Assembly: GCA_963715865.1 (NCBI GenBank)
Contig: OY970280.1
Location: 1,952,001 to 2,016,000, forward strand
From: Candidatus Bathyarchaeota archaeon
Lineage (GTDB): Archaea; Thermoproteota; Bathyarchaeia; Bathyarchaeales; Bathycorpusculaceae
Direction of reading: 5' to 3'
Length of the DNA stretch: 64,000 nt
A program made the translations under genes and the position numbers. The stretch's first letter is position 1, and every line of letters begins with the position of its first letter. The notes under the pieces are model-generated. The model was not told the DNA's origin. It did no database searches and saw nothing but the letters and a program-made list of their open reading frames with translations. Below are positions 47,330 through 57,953 of the stretch, one piece after another.

Positions 47330-48680
47330 AAAAAACATAATGGTAAGTTTAGCGGAAAACGCAGTAAATGAAGCCTTGAAAAAAGGAGCCTCTGAAGCTG
47401 AGGCCTACGTTTACGAGGGGCAAGCAACAAGCATCGGCATCGAACTGGGCCAAATCAGCAAAAGCAATAGGATAATTGACCGAGGCTTAGGCATCCGAGT
47501 TGCCGCTAACAAAGCAGTAGGTTTTGCTTACACAAACATCCTTGACGATGCAAACGCTATTGAAAGCGTGATTCTCAGGGCTTTGAGTGCTGCAAAAGCA
47601 AGTAAACCTGACCAGGACTGGAATGGGCTTCCACAAAAGAAACCGTATGCTTCACCAAAGAAAACTTTTGATGATAAAGTTGTTGAACTTGGGTCAGAGG
47701 AACTAGTTAATGTAGCTTCAATCATGTTGGATTCTGCTGGGCAAGTGGATAAACGCGTTTTCCCGATTGAAGGAGGAATAGGCAGCGCTTACATTTCTAA
47801 CGCCATCGCTAACTCGAACGGAATCACAGGTTTTGATAAAGGAACGGTTATTGAATGCAGTTTGGCGACGTTGGCTAAGGAAGGCACTGCGGTCACGCCT
47901 GTTTGCTTTGAATTTAACGCTTCAAGAAACTATAACGTTGACCCAGTCTGGGTTGGGAAAGAAGCAGCGAAACTGGCGGTTTCAGCATTAAAAACTAAGT
48001 CAGTTGAAACCAAATCCACTACGCTTATACTGACGCAGTTTGCATTGCAAGACCTTTTTGCTTACACGTTAGTTAACGCTGTTAAAGCCGACAATGTTCA
48101 GAGGAATCAGTCTCCGTTTAAAGGAAAAATCGGAGAAAAAGTCGCTTCAGAAAACCTAACCATTTACGACGAGGGCTTATTCCCCGGCGGACTCCGCACT
48201 TGGGCTTTTGACGGCGAAGGAGTGCCACATCAGAAAACAGTGGTCATAAAGAAAGGCGTACTGCGCAATTTCCTATACGATACCTACTCCGCAAAAAAAG
48301 AAGCGAAAGAAAGCACTGGGAACGCTTCAAGGGCTGGGTACCTGTCAACACCGAGCATCGACACTACAAACTTTCACGTTATGCCTGGAAACAAAACATC
48401 CGACGAAATGCTAAGCGAAGTAGATGACGGCTTAATAATCTATTACCTACAAGGCGCTCATAGCAGTAATCCTATCAGCGGCGAATTCTCAGTTGTTGCA
48501 ACTCCAGCTTGGAAAATAAAGAAAGGCGAAATAGTCCATTGCAGCCGAGGCGTAATGTTGGCAGGCAACATTTTTGAAGTACTTAAAAACGTGAGTTTGG
48601 TCGGTAGCAATGAGCGGCAGATGGGGCAGTTGATTTCTCCATGGATTCAAGTTGAAAATGTGCGTGTGATTGGAAAATAG
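47322..48680 (+). CDS. pmbA: PmbA/TldE partner subunit
   Basis: TldD/PmbA fold lacking HExxGH; FDGEG and SGEFS; overlaps tldD; start GTG 47322 or ATG 47340. Confidence 0.88.
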   Translation: MLEKNIMVSLAENAVNEALKKGASEAEAYVYEGQATSIGIELGQISKSNRIIDRGLGIRVAANKAVGFAYTNILDDANAIESVILRALSAAKASKPDQDWNGLPQKKPYASPKKTFDDKVVELGSEELVNVASIMLDSAGQVDKRVFPIEGGIGSAYISNAIANSNGITGFDKGTVIECSLATLAKEGTAVTPVCFEFNASRNYNVDPVWVGKEAAKLAVSALKTKSVETKSTTLILTQFALQDLFAYTLVNAVKADNVQRNQSPFKGKIGEKVASENLTIYDEGLFPGGLRTWAFDGEGVPHQKTVVIKKGVLRNFLYDTYSAKKEAKESTGNASRAGYLSTPSIDTTNFHVMPGNKTSDEMLSEVDDGLIIYYLQGAHSSNPISGEFSVVATPAWKIKKGEIVHCSRGVMLAGNIFEVLKNVSLVGSNERQMGQLISPWIQVENVRVIGK

Positions 48681-48687
48681 CGCTGAG

Positions 48688-48978
48688 TCAAGTTGTTGTG
48701 ACTGTTATTTTCCATGAGTCACCGTTGTCGGTGTACGTGTATGTTGTCTGTGTATTATTTACGTAAACTTTCAGATTTGAAATGCTAGGCAATGAGGCTT
48801 TGCTGATCACCGCTTGGATATAATTAACCCCACTTTTGACTAATGTCACATTCAATGAAGCAGTCGATTGATCAAAGTGCACTCCAGTCACAGTAACGTT
48901 AGCGCTAACTTGAAGAGCTGTAGTTAAAGGCGCAGAAGTAGGCGTCGGAGTAGGAGCAGGCGTGGGCGTCGGCGTTGG
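48688..48978. repeat. About 290-bp duplicated 3' module (partner at 50801-51091)
   Basis: Near-identical DNA encoding PT...[24 protein letters not shown]...TYTYT. Confidence 0.85.
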
Positions 48979-50742
48979 AGAAGTTTCAACGTCTATGTAG
49001 GAGGTATTGACTCTCACACAGTCAACGTAAATGGCTGCGCTTGTGTCTGCCCAAGAAATTCCAGTGCAAATTAAGTTACTGTTTCCCGCGTGCGAACGAG
49101 AGGCATTAACTTTTAGGTTTCCGTTTACCCAGAGGTTTGTCCGGTGATTGGTTACGTCGCGACAGATTTCAACGTTATAATAGGTCCCTATTGTTGGGTT
49201 GCTTGCTGTTGCTTCTCTGTCCCAATATGCGACTCCGTTTATGACGGATACTGCGCCCCAATAGTATTGCCCGTTACTGTTGTAAATGAAGGGGTCAAGC
49301 GTGTTCTGAGAATTCGTGTTCTGAATGCTGCCTAAGCAAAGATATGCACCAGAGGCAGGCAGATTGTTTAATTTAATGAGTTGGCGGTAATAAGTGACGG
49401 CACTGCTGCTTATTGATTGATAAGCCCAGCCTTCAGAAGACGCGCCTGCAGTAAATTTGGCGTCGTAAGCTCCAAGATATGGGTTGTTTGTTTCGACTGT
49501 TGCTGAGTAAGTGCCTGCACCGCTTACTCCTGCATATTCACTGAAATTGCCGGTTTCAAAGTCAGCTTTGAAAAGGTAACCTGGGTTTGGTGTCGGGGTA
49601 GGAGTGGGTGTTGGAGTAGGCGTGGGAGTAGGCGAAGGGGTCGGTGTTGGCGTGGGCGTTGGCGAAGGCGCTGGAGATGAAACAGAGTTTATGCACTGGC
49701 CATATTGTACTACGCCGTTAACTACAACATCATGATACATTAATCCTTGAACAAAGTTGCTTGCAGCTGTTGTTCCATCATAAGCCACTTGCGCTTGAAG
49801 ATTCTGCACTTGGACCCAGCTTAAACCATCGTCGGAGCTATAATAGATTCCAGCGTTTCTTGGTGATCCCTCGCCGCCACAGAAACTAGCATACAAGTTA
49901 TTGTCCAAATCACTTTTTCTTATCCAAAAGCAATATGAGCTGGCGCCAGTGTCAAGAACCACAGTGTATGAATTGTCGTCGGTTGTTCTGAATAATTGGC
50001 CATTGATAGAGTCGGAGCCGAAAAGTCTGGCGCTTGGTGTAATTTCAATCGCTACTGCTTGAGGCATACCTGTAAGTATTTTTTTCCAGGTCGAGCCGCC
50101 GTCAGTGGAGCGGATAACATAGCAAGTAGACCATGGCCCGAAATTGTCGCCTACTGTTGCATAAACGTAATTGTTACTTTTATCAACCCTGATGCAGTGA
50201 ATGTGACGCGCCTGCGAATCATAGTAAACAGAATTCCAAGTTGACCCATTATTTACGCTCATATAAATTCGTGCATTAGAGTTCAAAGATCCTGTTGTGT
50301 ATACTCCGGCAAACAAGGTGCCATTATTGTCCTGGTCAATTCCCCAGATGCATTCAGATGTATTTAATGCTAATACTCTTGTCCAACTTTGCCCTTGATT
50401 TGTGCTACGCCACAGTCCAGTGTTTGATTGACTGATACTATTTCCAGCCGCTGAAAAGTAAATGTAACCGTTAGACGAAACAAAAATGCAGCTTTCATCG
50501 TCAGCGTTAGGAATTGTTTTTAATGCTGAAGACCAAGTTTGACCTTTGTCCTGACTTTTGTAAATATTTCCAACTGTTCCTGCATACAAAGTTCCGTCTT
50601 GTGCAACACCTGCAGCTTGAATTGGTTTAGTTAAATTTGTATATGTGAAAGTTTGTTGAGCTGCTTCAATCTGAAGAGTAAAAATTAATGTTGATAAAAG
50701 AAGGAGAATAATGGTTGAAACGAGCAGCGTCTTTTTTTTCAT
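48688..50742 (-). CDS. Secreted modular protein: Asp-box propeller, PT linker, ConA/lyase-like domain, PT linker, C-terminal module
   Basis: Signal peptide; SxDxGxTW boxes (SQDKGQTW, STDGGSTW, SDDGLSW); ADFETGNFS domain; no C-terminal TM helix. Confidence 0.72.
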   Translation of the reverse strand: MKKKTLLVSTIILLLLSTLIFTLQIEAAQQTFTYTNLTKPIQAAGVAQDGTLYAGTVGNIYKSQDKGQTWSSALKTIPNADDESCIFVSSNGYIYFSAAGNSISQSNTGLWRSTNQGQSWTRVLALNTSECIWGIDQDNNGTLFAGVYTTGSLNSNARIYMSVNNGSTWNSVYYDSQARHIHCIRVDKSNNYVYATVGDNFGPWSTCYVIRSTDGGSTWKKILTGMPQAVAIEITPSARLFGSDSINGQLFRTTDDNSYTVVLDTGASSYCFWIRKSDLDNNLYASFCGGEGSPRNAGIYYSSDDGLSWVQVQNLQAQVAYDGTTAASNFVQGLMYHDVVVNGVVQYGQCINSVSSPAPSPTPTPTPTPSPTPTPTPTPTPTPTPNPGYLFKADFETGNFSEYAGVSGAGTYSATVETNNPYLGAYDAKFTAGASSEGWAYQSISSSAVTYYRQLIKLNNLPASGAYLCLGSIQNTNSQNTLDPFIYNSNGQYYWGAVSVINGVAYWDREATASNPTIGTYYNVEICRDVTNHRTNLWVNGNLKVNASRSHAGNSNLICTGISWADTSAAIYVDCVRVNTSYIDVETSPTPTPTPAPTPTPTSAPLTTALQVSANVTVTGVHFDQSTASLNVTLVKSGVNYIQAVISKASLPSISNLKVYVNNTQTTYTYTDNGDSWKITVTTT

Positions 50743-50800
50743 TTTTTTCCTCTTAATTCCTTATTTTTTTAAAAAAAATGGAAATCATATGAAGTTACCG

Positions 50801-52342
50801 CTATGTTGTTACGATTGTTATTGCCCATGAGTTACCGCTGTTAGTATACGTGTAGGTTGTCCGCGTATTATTAACGTAAACTTTCAGATTTGATATGCTG
50901 GGCAACGAGGCTTTGCTGATCACTGCTTGGATATAATTAACTCCATTCTTAACTATCGTCACATTCAACAAAGCAGCCGATTGATCAAAGTGCACTCCAG
51001 TCACAGTAACGTTAGCGCTAACTTGAAGAGCTGTCGTTAAAGGCGCAGAAGTAGGCGTCGGAGTAGGAGTAGGCGTGGGCGTCGGCGTTGGTGTTGGCGT
51101 GGGAGTAGGAGTTGGTGTAGGGGTAGGAGTGGGAGTTGGTGTCGGAGTAGGCAAAGGAGTTGGTGTAGGGGTTGGTGTTGGTGTTGGAGTAGGAGTAGGG
51201 GTTGGTGTGGGTTGGGGCTGAACATTCTCTGTTATAGCAAATGTTTGACCTGGACCGTTAGAGCCGAAAGTTATGCCCATGGGGTTGCTTGTAAGCATAT
51301 TGGTGTGATTTAACGATTGAGGGATAGCAGTGGCTGTTATGATTTGCCAGTTTAAGCCATCTTCGCTTGCCACTATTCGTGAAGTGCCTGCGTAAAACTC
51401 TGCTGTGCTTGAGAAAATCATTATTTTGTTTAGCCAAACTGCTGAGACTATTGGGAAATTGCTATCCGAAGGAAAATTGTAGACTGTCTGAGGGGTAAAG
51501 GCGATATTTGAGCCATTGTCGTAGAAGCGGTCTATCCAGTTAGGCTGAAAGGCTTGGTCGGTGCCGAGGTAAACCCAGCTATTATTGAACAGTATTGCAA
51601 AGTAAACTGTGGTGCCTATGGCTTGAATCTCTGCTGGTCGGTTAATGACAATGCTCCATGTTTGTCCAAGGTTTTTGCTCCTGAAAATTCGCTCGCATTC
51701 TGTGTTGTTATAGCCTTGGCCCCATTCGCTTGTGGCTACATAGAGGTAGCCGTCCGCTGGGTTAAATTTAACGTTGTGAATATGTACGCATCCAAATGTA
51801 CGGATTACGGACCATGATGCTCCGCCATTTGTGCTTTTCAAAACAGCAGGGCTTTGTGGATAAATGCTGTTGTCGTAAGTGGCTGTATAAAGGTTTCTGG
51901 CTGAGTCCTCTGTTAGAGCTATGTAGAAACCATCGTTTTGGGTTCCGTTAGTGTTAAGAACTTGAGTGAAGGAAGAACCAAAATTCGTGCTTCTGTAAAG
52001 TCTATTTGTGCCCGGAATTGAAACGAAAATGTAGTTACGTGAATCAACAAATATTGTCCATACATAACCCGCAACCTGACTATTAGGGTTGGATTGTTGT
52101 GGGAAATGGTAAATTAGCCTAAAAGACGTGCCGTTATTATCACTTCTATACAAGCCATAATTATTATCACCTGCGAAAAGGGTACCATTAGGGGCAAAAG
52201 TAGACCCGCACATTTGACCTGTAAAGCTAGGGACAGAAGTTATCTGAAGTTGACTAATAGAAGCATTGGCTCGAAAATCAAAAATAATTGCTGAAGAAAA
52301 AAGAATAAAAATGCAAAAAACCAAAAACAGCTTGTTTCTCAA
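50801..52342 (-). CDS. Secreted Asp-box propeller protein with long PT linker and the same C-terminal module
   Basis: Signal peptide; STNGGASW and SKNLGQTW boxes; about 55-aa (PT)n linker. Confidence 0.72.
   Translation of the reverse strand: MRNKLFLVFCIFILFSSAIIFDFRANASISQLQITSVPSFTGQMCGSTFAPNGTLFAGDNNYGLYRSDNNGTSFRLIYHFPQQSNPNSQVAGYVWTIFVDSRNYIFVSIPGTNRLYRSTNFGSSFTQVLNTNGTQNDGFYIALTEDSARNLYTATYDNSIYPQSPAVLKSTNGGASWSVIRTFGCVHIHNVKFNPADGYLYVATSEWGQGYNNTECERIFRSKNLGQTWSIVINRPAEIQAIGTTVYFAILFNNSWVYLGTDQAFQPNWIDRFYDNGSNIAFTPQTVYNFPSDSNFPIVSAVWLNKIMIFSSTAEFYAGTSRIVASEDGLNWQIITATAIPQSLNHTNMLTSNPMGITFGSNGPGQTFAITENVQPQPTPTPTPTPTPTPTPTPTPLPTPTPTPTPTPTPTPTPTPTPTPTPTPTPTPTPTSAPLTTALQVSANVTVTGVHFDQSAALLNVTIVKNGVNYIQAVISKASLPSISNLKVYVNNTRTTYTYTNSGNSWAITIVTT
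51050..51218 (-). repeat. Pro-Thr linker hexanucleotide repeat
   Basis: Degenerate CCNACN repeats. Confidence 0.85.
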
Positions 52343-52576
52343 AATTTTTTCCTCCTTTCATATAATAAATACAAACAATTTCAAGTCTAAAGAAAAAGTA
52401 AGCGGAAACTAAATGCGATAGGCAGGTGCGCTTATAGTTATGCGTTTTGTATAAGTGGGTGCAGACTTTGAGAGCGCTGGTACCGCTTATTTTCTACTTA
52501 GGCAACTACTGATTCTTCTAGTGGAAGAGGGATATAGTCCTTTTTACGAGTTAGAGGTTGCTTGTTTCCAGCGTAT

Positions 52577-53782
52577 TTATGCCCAAAAGCTCTTTGAATA
52601 CTCGCCTAAAACGCCCTCGTATATGCGCTTGGTTTGCTGCGCGATTTTTTCCCAATCGTACTTTTCTTGAACTCTTTTATAGGCGTTTTCTTTGATGCAT
52701 TTTCGGTAGTTTTCATCAAGCAAAACCTTGGTTATTCCCCAAGCCAAGGAATCAGGATTATTTGGGTAAACTTTAACTCCTGTCACGTCATGCTCAATGA
52801 TTTCTGATAAACCCCCAGTGTCAGATGCAACCACTGGGCTTCTCGCTGCCATAGCTTCCAACGCGACGATTCCGAACGGTTCGAAAAGTGATGGCACAAC
52901 GGAAACGTCAGCGCATTTCTGAAGTTTAAGCAAGGTTTGTTCATCGAGAAAGCCTTCGAAAAGAACTTTGTGCTCAAGTCTCATGCTGCGCACAATGTTT
53001 AGCAGTTGCTCTTTCATGTAGCCGCTGCCTACAATTATGAATTTAGCGTTGACTTTCTCCAAAATCTTGGGAACAGCGTTAATTAATACGTGGATGCCTT
53101 TTTCGTAAACCAGCCTGCCTACAAAGAGCACTATTTTTTCTTCAGGCAAAGCAAACTTGCTTCGGAAATCCTTTAAATCAGCATCAATATCGTTGTAACA
53201 ATCCGTGTTTACGCCGTTAGGAACCATGACTAACTTGTCGCTTGGAAGACCGAAAGCCCATTTAACGTGTGTAATCATGTATTCACTACAGCAAATTACC
53301 TTCCACGCTTCATATGTTAGCCAAGCTTCAGTTTCATGGATCATTTTTTCAGTGCTGGTGTGTAATCCGTCTCTTCTGCCCATCTCAGTTGAATGCATGG
53401 TTACCAAGAGGGGCTTTCGGAAAACATGTTTGAGTCCTATGCCTGCATTTGCCACAAGCCAATCGTGAGCGTGAAAAACATCAATTTTATTAGCGATTTT
53501 CCGTGTTAACGCCGCCGTTTCCTTTTGCATATTCAAGTTCATTAGGTAAACCCATGTTGCGAAATCTGGTGCTGGGTTTTTGTAAGAGTCAATACGGTAA
53601 ACTTCAACGCCATCAATTATTTCATGGGAGGGTGCATCTGGAAAATCGCAGGTTATCACGTAAACCTTTACGCCTTGTTTTGCTAAACTTTTTGATAAAA
53701 AGTAAACGTGCGGTGATATTCCCCCGATTATTCTGGGCGGAAACTCCCAGCTCAGCATCATAACAGTTAAATCGTCTTTCAT
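52577..53782 (-). CDS. GT4 glycosyltransferase (glycogen synthase-like)
   Basis: WEFPPRIIGG, HAHDWLV, TMHSTE and FEPFGIVALEAM motifs. Confidence 0.9.
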   Translation of the reverse strand: MKDDLTVMMLSWEFPPRIIGGISPHVYFLSKSLAKQGVKVYVITCDFPDAPSHEIIDGVEVYRIDSYKNPAPDFATWVYLMNLNMQKETAALTRKIANKIDVFHAHDWLVANAGIGLKHVFRKPLLVTMHSTEMGRRDGLHTSTEKMIHETEAWLTYEAWKVICCSEYMITHVKWAFGLPSDKLVMVPNGVNTDCYNDIDADLKDFRSKFALPEEKIVLFVGRLVYEKGIHVLINAVPKILEKVNAKFIIVGSGYMKEQLLNIVRSMRLEHKVLFEGFLDEQTLLKLQKCADVSVVPSLFEPFGIVALEAMAARSPVVASDTGGLSEIIEHDVTGVKVYPNNPDSLAWGITKVLLDENYRKCIKENAYKRVQEKYDWEKIAQQTKRIYEGVLGEYSKSFWA

Positions 53783-54405
53783 TTGCCCTTTAAGCCTCCA
53801 GCTGTACTATTGTATAGTGTAAGGATTTCTGTTATCCAAGAAGTCGGGTTGGTGGAGATAACGACTATTTTTTCTTTCGGCACCTTGTAAATCCTAATGA
53901 CCTCATCACGCATCCACTCTGATTTAACGCTGATTTTTTCTGCCTCATAAAAACCCAGCCACTCAACACCTTTGATAGCCATGTTGTAGGATGTATTTGT
54001 GTTTGGAGAACGATGGTCTTCCAAGCTTTCAACAGAATAAACAAACGGTATGCCAAGGCCGTTTTTCAAAGTGACCGCTGCTGGAATGAAATGCCAGTCG
54101 TGAACGTCTACGAGGTCAATTTGCTTTTTGGCTTGATAGTAAATGTTGGCTGCGGCTCTTTCAACTTCTTGGTTTAGTGTTAAAACCCACGTTAAAACTC
54201 CGATGTGGGTTCGAACAGGGTTTGGTACTCTGACTGTTTTTACTCCTGTTGGTTCTTGAGCTAAACCGGTAAAAAAATCGTCGTAAGTTACAACGTTGAC
54301 TTCCACATTATTAGCGACGAGTTGGGTTGATAAGGCTTTTACGTATTCTGAGAGTTTACCTACCACTCTTGGTGGATACTCCCACGAAAAAATAATGATA
54401 CGCAT
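53779..54405 (-). CDS. Stand-alone GT4 N-terminal-domain protein
   Basis: WEYPPRVVG and VHDWH present; ends at 208 aa without the C-terminal nucleotide-sugar domain. Confidence 0.75.
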   Translation of the reverse strand: MRIIIFSWEYPPRVVGKLSEYVKALSTQLVANNVEVNVVTYDDFFTGLAQEPTGVKTVRVPNPVRTHIGVLTWVLTLNQEVERAAANIYYQAKKQIDLVDVHDWHFIPAAVTLKNGLGIPFVYSVESLEDHRSPNTNTSYNMAIKGVEWLGFYEAEKISVKSEWMRDEVIRIYKVPKEKIVVISTNPTSWITEILTLYNSTAGGLKGK

Positions 54406-54412
54406 ATTTCCA

Positions 54413-54664
54413 CTACGTGAAAAGCGAGCAGACCTTAATTATTCCTCGTCCATTAAGATAATACCGTTTTTTTCCTTCATTATCAACGAAGCTCTCGGCG
54501 AAGCCCTCTGACTTGTACTGGTCTAAAATGCTCTCGATCTCATTTGGGTCTTTCTGCAAAAGCCTCGCTACTTCTTCTCCTCTTCTTGCCAAATCAGCGG
54601 CTGTAGCGCATAAGTTATGCAGTGTTTGCAAAACCTTGTCTGGAAACGGAAGTTCTTCTCTCAT
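54413..54664 (-). CDS. Small wHTH-like hypothetical protein
   Basis: EEVARLL...IESIL...EGF...KKRYYLN..G wing pattern. Confidence 0.6.
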   Translation of the reverse strand: MREELPFPDKVLQTLHNLCATAADLARRGEEVARLLQKDPNEIESILDQYKSEGFAESFVDNEGKKRYYLNGRGIIKVCSLFT

Positions 54665-54730
54665 TTTTAACGCACCCTGCTGTCAAATAGTTATGATAAC
54701 TTCTCTTATAAACGCTTACGCGATAGCTGC

Positions 54731-56278
54731 TTAGAAAAGCTTGGTTGCATCCTGCATTTGCTTATTTAGGACAGTATAACGTTTTTCTGCAAAATTAACT
54801 ATTGTTTTTCTTAGTTTTTCGCCTTTTTCTTCTGAATCCTTAATTTCTTTGAACTTGGATGCTAATTTTTGGTCTTTAAGGGAGTTTTTTGCCCAGCTTT
54901 CAAAGTCTCCATTGCAAACGTGGAACTCTATGGCTTTGAGGTTAACTTCTTCGATTGCTTTAATGAATCCTTTCAGGCTCCAAGCCATGGTTCCCGTGTA
55001 ATATTCCTTTCCAACGCCCGTGTAGAACAGGAAAGGCTCGTTCGCCGTTAAAATCGCCATTCTAAGCCTAGCTTCAAAATCGGTTAGCAACGTTTGTGCT
55101 GCCGCGAAAGCATCCATGGGCGACTCGAATGGGCTGAAGTAAGAGTGGACTTCTCCTGGTCCGCCGCCTGCAGTGAACATATAGTATAAGTGGTCGCTTA
55201 TTTGGAAGTCACGCCAAAGTTTGAGAAATTCGCGGTCGTCAGCTTCTTTTATGAATGGCTCCAATCGCCGCAAAGTGGTGTAGTACGCCCATTGCATTAC
55301 GTTGCCAAGCCATCCAGTTTGGTCTCTTTGGATGTCTGCCCAGGAAACGGTGCCTCCTGTTTCAGGTACATCAATTTCGCCTGCTGGCGCATGCCTATCT
55401 ACTACTTCGGAAGGCGTAGCCATCTGCAAATGCTCAAACCTCAATATCTCTTCGGGAAGGTGTTGCAGGAAGCTGTGGATGCCTGTTTCGGGCCAGTGAT
55501 GTTCGCCGAAGGTTTCGTAGTCAGGGAAAATATTGATGCATGCGCCCGGTGTGCCTGCTAGCCAACCTGCGTATTTATCCGCTGTCAGGGGCCATTCGGG
55601 CCACCATCGTGCTGAAAACCTAAAGCCAATGTCGTCGGTTAGTTTGTAGTTGCGGAGTAAAACACGAATTTTCCTTGAGCCTTTCGGTGTGTAGATGTAG
55701 TTTGGGGATTTTTCGCCGAGAATTTTCTCGATGCCTTCGGTGTAGATGCCCTTGTAACCTAAGGTTTCAACCGTTTTAGCGATGGTGTTGTTGTAGAGAA
55801 GTTCGGTGTTCTCGAAAACGTTCGGCACGTAGCCTAGTAAGTCCTTTACGGTTTGTCTGTGCATTTTTGCCTGTTCAATAAACTCTTCTTTATCAGGATA
55901 AAGGCTGGAGATTGAGTGGTAGTAGGTTTGGTTTAGGAATTCCACGCGTCCAGTGGCGGCCATTTGCCTGAAAGTTTCAAGGAGGTCATGGTCAAACATT
56001 TCGCATTGTTCAAGGAACACTCCTGAAATGCTGAATGAGACTTTAACTTGCTTGCGCTCATGCTTGTGCCTGTCTATTAAGTCGAGCAGTATCTGGTTTG
56101 AAGGAAAATAGCATTTGCGTGCAGCACGCTTAAAAATTTCCCTGTCAACCTCATTGTCAAAATAATAATTGAATAATTCTTCTTTCTTCAAGCGCCTGAA
56201 AACTTTGCCTTCCCAAAACAAGTTCCGCCTTAGCCTGTGCGGCTGATGAACCTCGAAGATAAACACAACATCCGTCAT
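54731..56278 (-). CDS. GH57 alpha-amylase family protein with C-terminal DUF5752-like domain
   Basis: EVHQP, QTYYHS, NTEL, DYETFGEH and SDHLYY; tail FLFY...SLKGF...IEFH..NGDFESW. Confidence 0.9.
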   Translation of the reverse strand: MTDVVFIFEVHQPHRLRRNLFWEGKVFRRLKKEELFNYYFDNEVDREIFKRAARKCYFPSNQILLDLIDRHKHERKQVKVSFSISGVFLEQCEMFDHDLLETFRQMAATGRVEFLNQTYYHSISSLYPDKEEFIEQAKMHRQTVKDLLGYVPNVFENTELLYNNTIAKTVETLGYKGIYTEGIEKILGEKSPNYIYTPKGSRKIRVLLRNYKLTDDIGFRFSARWWPEWPLTADKYAGWLAGTPGACINIFPDYETFGEHHWPETGIHSFLQHLPEEILRFEHLQMATPSEVVDRHAPAGEIDVPETGGTVSWADIQRDQTGWLGNVMQWAYYTTLRRLEPFIKEADDREFLKLWRDFQISDHLYYMFTAGGGPGEVHSYFSPFESPMDAFAAAQTLLTDFEARLRMAILTANEPFLFYTGVGKEYYTGTMAWSLKGFIKAIEEVNLKAIEFHVCNGDFESWAKNSLKDQKLASKFKEIKDSEEKGEKLRKTIVNFAEKRYTVLNKQMQDATKLF

Positions 56279-56379
56279 AACACTTCGCCTTAAGAACAGA
56301 ATATCACAGGTACATTTATTTCTAGTTTGCCGTTTATGGGTTAAAATTGCAAAAACGAAGTAAAATAAAAAAATTCAGG

Positions 56380-56583
56380 TTACTTTTTCTTTTCTTCTTT
56401 CTCTTTTGGTTTCGAGCCAATCTCCACGCATTGAATGTTGACCTGGTAATTTTTTTCTCCGACCTGCATTTTCCCGTAAGCGTGAAAGCCTTTGCTTCCA
56501 GTCTTGAAGTTTTTCTCATTTAAAATAAAAGATTGCTTTGAGCCGTTCAACTGAATTGTCGCTAAATTAACTTGTTCACTCAC
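56380..56583 (-). CDS. Conserved small hypothetical protein
   Basis: KNFKTGSKGFHAYGK...YQVNIQCVEIGSK. Confidence 0.65.
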   Translation of the reverse strand: MSEQVNLATIQLNGSKQSFILNEKNFKTGSKGFHAYGKMQVGEKNYQVNIQCVEIGSKPKEKEEKKK

Positions 56584-56833
56584 TCTAAGGTCACCTTTAT
56601 TTTAGATAATCATGCATTGTGCCTTTTCACCTTTTCGCTTAAATTAAATATTTTTTGCACCCAGCTAGCGTTTTCCAAAATGTTTCTCCGTTAAAATTTT
56701 TACTCTTTGTTTTTGTTTACGCATTCTTCTCGAATACAGGTCTATTGATATCATACAATGTAGGGAAGAGAAAGATAGATAGCCGTAAAGAAAACGGTTA
56801 TGTTTTTAGGTATGACTACATTATAGTAAGACT

Positions 56834-57064
56834 ATGAATAAGTCGTCTCAGGTTCGTGTTAAACGTAAGGGGCAGGTTACTATCCCATTGGAGCTTAGGT
56901 CGAAGCTTGGCATAGAAGAGGGAGCCCTTCTAGAAATTAAAGAAGAAGAAGGCACCATTGTGCTGAAACCTACCCCTCGATTGGAAGGTGGCAAAGTTGT
57001 TGGCAAAGAAGAGCATAAGAAAGTCATCCGTGAACTTGATCAGCTTCGGAGAGACTGGCGTTGA
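56834..57064 (+). CDS. vapB: AbrB/MazE/SpoVT-family antitoxin
   Basis: KRKGQVTIPLELRSKLGI motif; overlaps the PIN gene. Confidence 0.9.
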   Translation: MNKSSQVRVKRKGQVTIPLELRSKLGIEEGALLEIKEEEGTIVLKPTPRLEGGKVVGKEEHKKVIRELDQLRRDWR

Positions 57065-57456
57065 CAGGCATAGCCGACACCCGCCTATTGCTTACCTTAG
57101 AGTTCCCACCAACTGAGGAAATTAGAATTAAAGCAGCAGATTTTGTTGAAAAAGAAATCGCAAGACACCTCCTTGCACCTTCGATTATTCTAACTGAATT
57201 TATTGAAATCGCAGGAGCAAGGATTGGTGAAGATGCTGCTAAGACAAGGATAAGACTGCTCAGAGAAAGGGGAATGCGGACTGTTGCTTTAGATGAAGAA
57301 GAGGCACTGGTCGCTGGTAGCCTTCTTCTTTCCCATCGAAACGTGCCAATTGCCGACGCACTGATCGCGTCATTCGTAAAAACTGGAGTTGCAGAATACG
57401 TGGTCACAGATGACCCGCACTTTAAGGAATTAGGCATTAGAACAAAATGGTTCTAA
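57061..57456 (+). CDS. vapC: PIN-domain ribonuclease toxin
   Basis: ADT, E, ADALI and TDDPHF acidic motifs. Confidence 0.88.
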   Translation: MTGIADTRLLLTLEFPPTEEIRIKAADFVEKEIARHLLAPSIILTEFIEIAGARIGEDAAKTRIRLLRERGMRTVALDEEEALVAGSLLLSHRNVPIADALIASFVKTGVAEYVVTDDPHFKELGIRTKWF

Positions 57457-57496
57457 ACTAAAAGAGAATCCACCAGTAATAAGCAATAAGGCATCT

Positions 57497-57544
57497 TGGT
57501 TCGGTCGCCGGGATTCGAACCCAGGTCGTCATCGTGGAAGGCTG
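57497..57544 (-). repeat. Degenerate 3' half of tRNA-Gly(TCC) (att-like remnant)
   Basis: Minus strand CAGC-CT-TCC-AC-GATGA-CGAC-CTGGG-TTCGAAT-CCCGG-CGACCGA-A-CCA; no D arm or 5' acceptor strand upstream. Confidence 0.75.
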
Positions 57545-57611
57545 TAGCTAAAGAGAATCTGCATTAGTTCTTTAACAATCGTGACAACAACTTGCACGGT
57601 TGTTTTAAAAA

Positions 57612-57953
57612 TTATTCAGTATTCTTCAAAATCCTTTCGAACAGAGGCTTTAGGTTGGGCACATCAACGGTTACAGTGCTCCAGACTCTTTTCAGGTCAA
57701 CGCCGAAGTACTCATGGATCGCTTTGTCTCTCATTCCAGCCATCTCTTTCCATGGAATTTGAGGGTAACGGTTCCTAATAGGCGCAGGTATGTTTTTGAC
57801 GGCTTCACCAATAATTTCTAAAGCTCGGATAACAGCGTAGACAGTCTTTCTGTCTTTCACAAAAGCATCGAATTCCATATTTCTTACGAATTTTTGGGCG
57901 TCATCCATTGCAAGAATAATGTCTTCAATGTAGTCCAAAAACTCCTTTTTCAT
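57612..57953 (-). CDS. HEPN (DUF86/HepT-like) ribonuclease toxin
   Basis: R-x4-H-x-Y motif (RDKAIHEY). Confidence 0.9.
   Translation of the reverse strand: MKKEFLDYIEDIILAMDDAQKFVRNMEFDAFVKDRKTVYAVIRALEIIGEAVKNIPAPIRNRYPQIPWKEMAGMRDKAIHEYFGVDLKRVWSTVTVDVPNLKPLFERILKNTE

Noticed and set aside
48940-51218. GGNGTN hexamer runs as VNTR or contingency loci
   Set aside because: Explained as degenerate Pro-Thr linker codons; the frame is preserved.
57497-57544. Intact or split tRNA-Gly gene
   Set aside because: No 5' half or D arm, a mismatched anticodon stem and no BHB or leader complementarity seen; kept as an att remnant.
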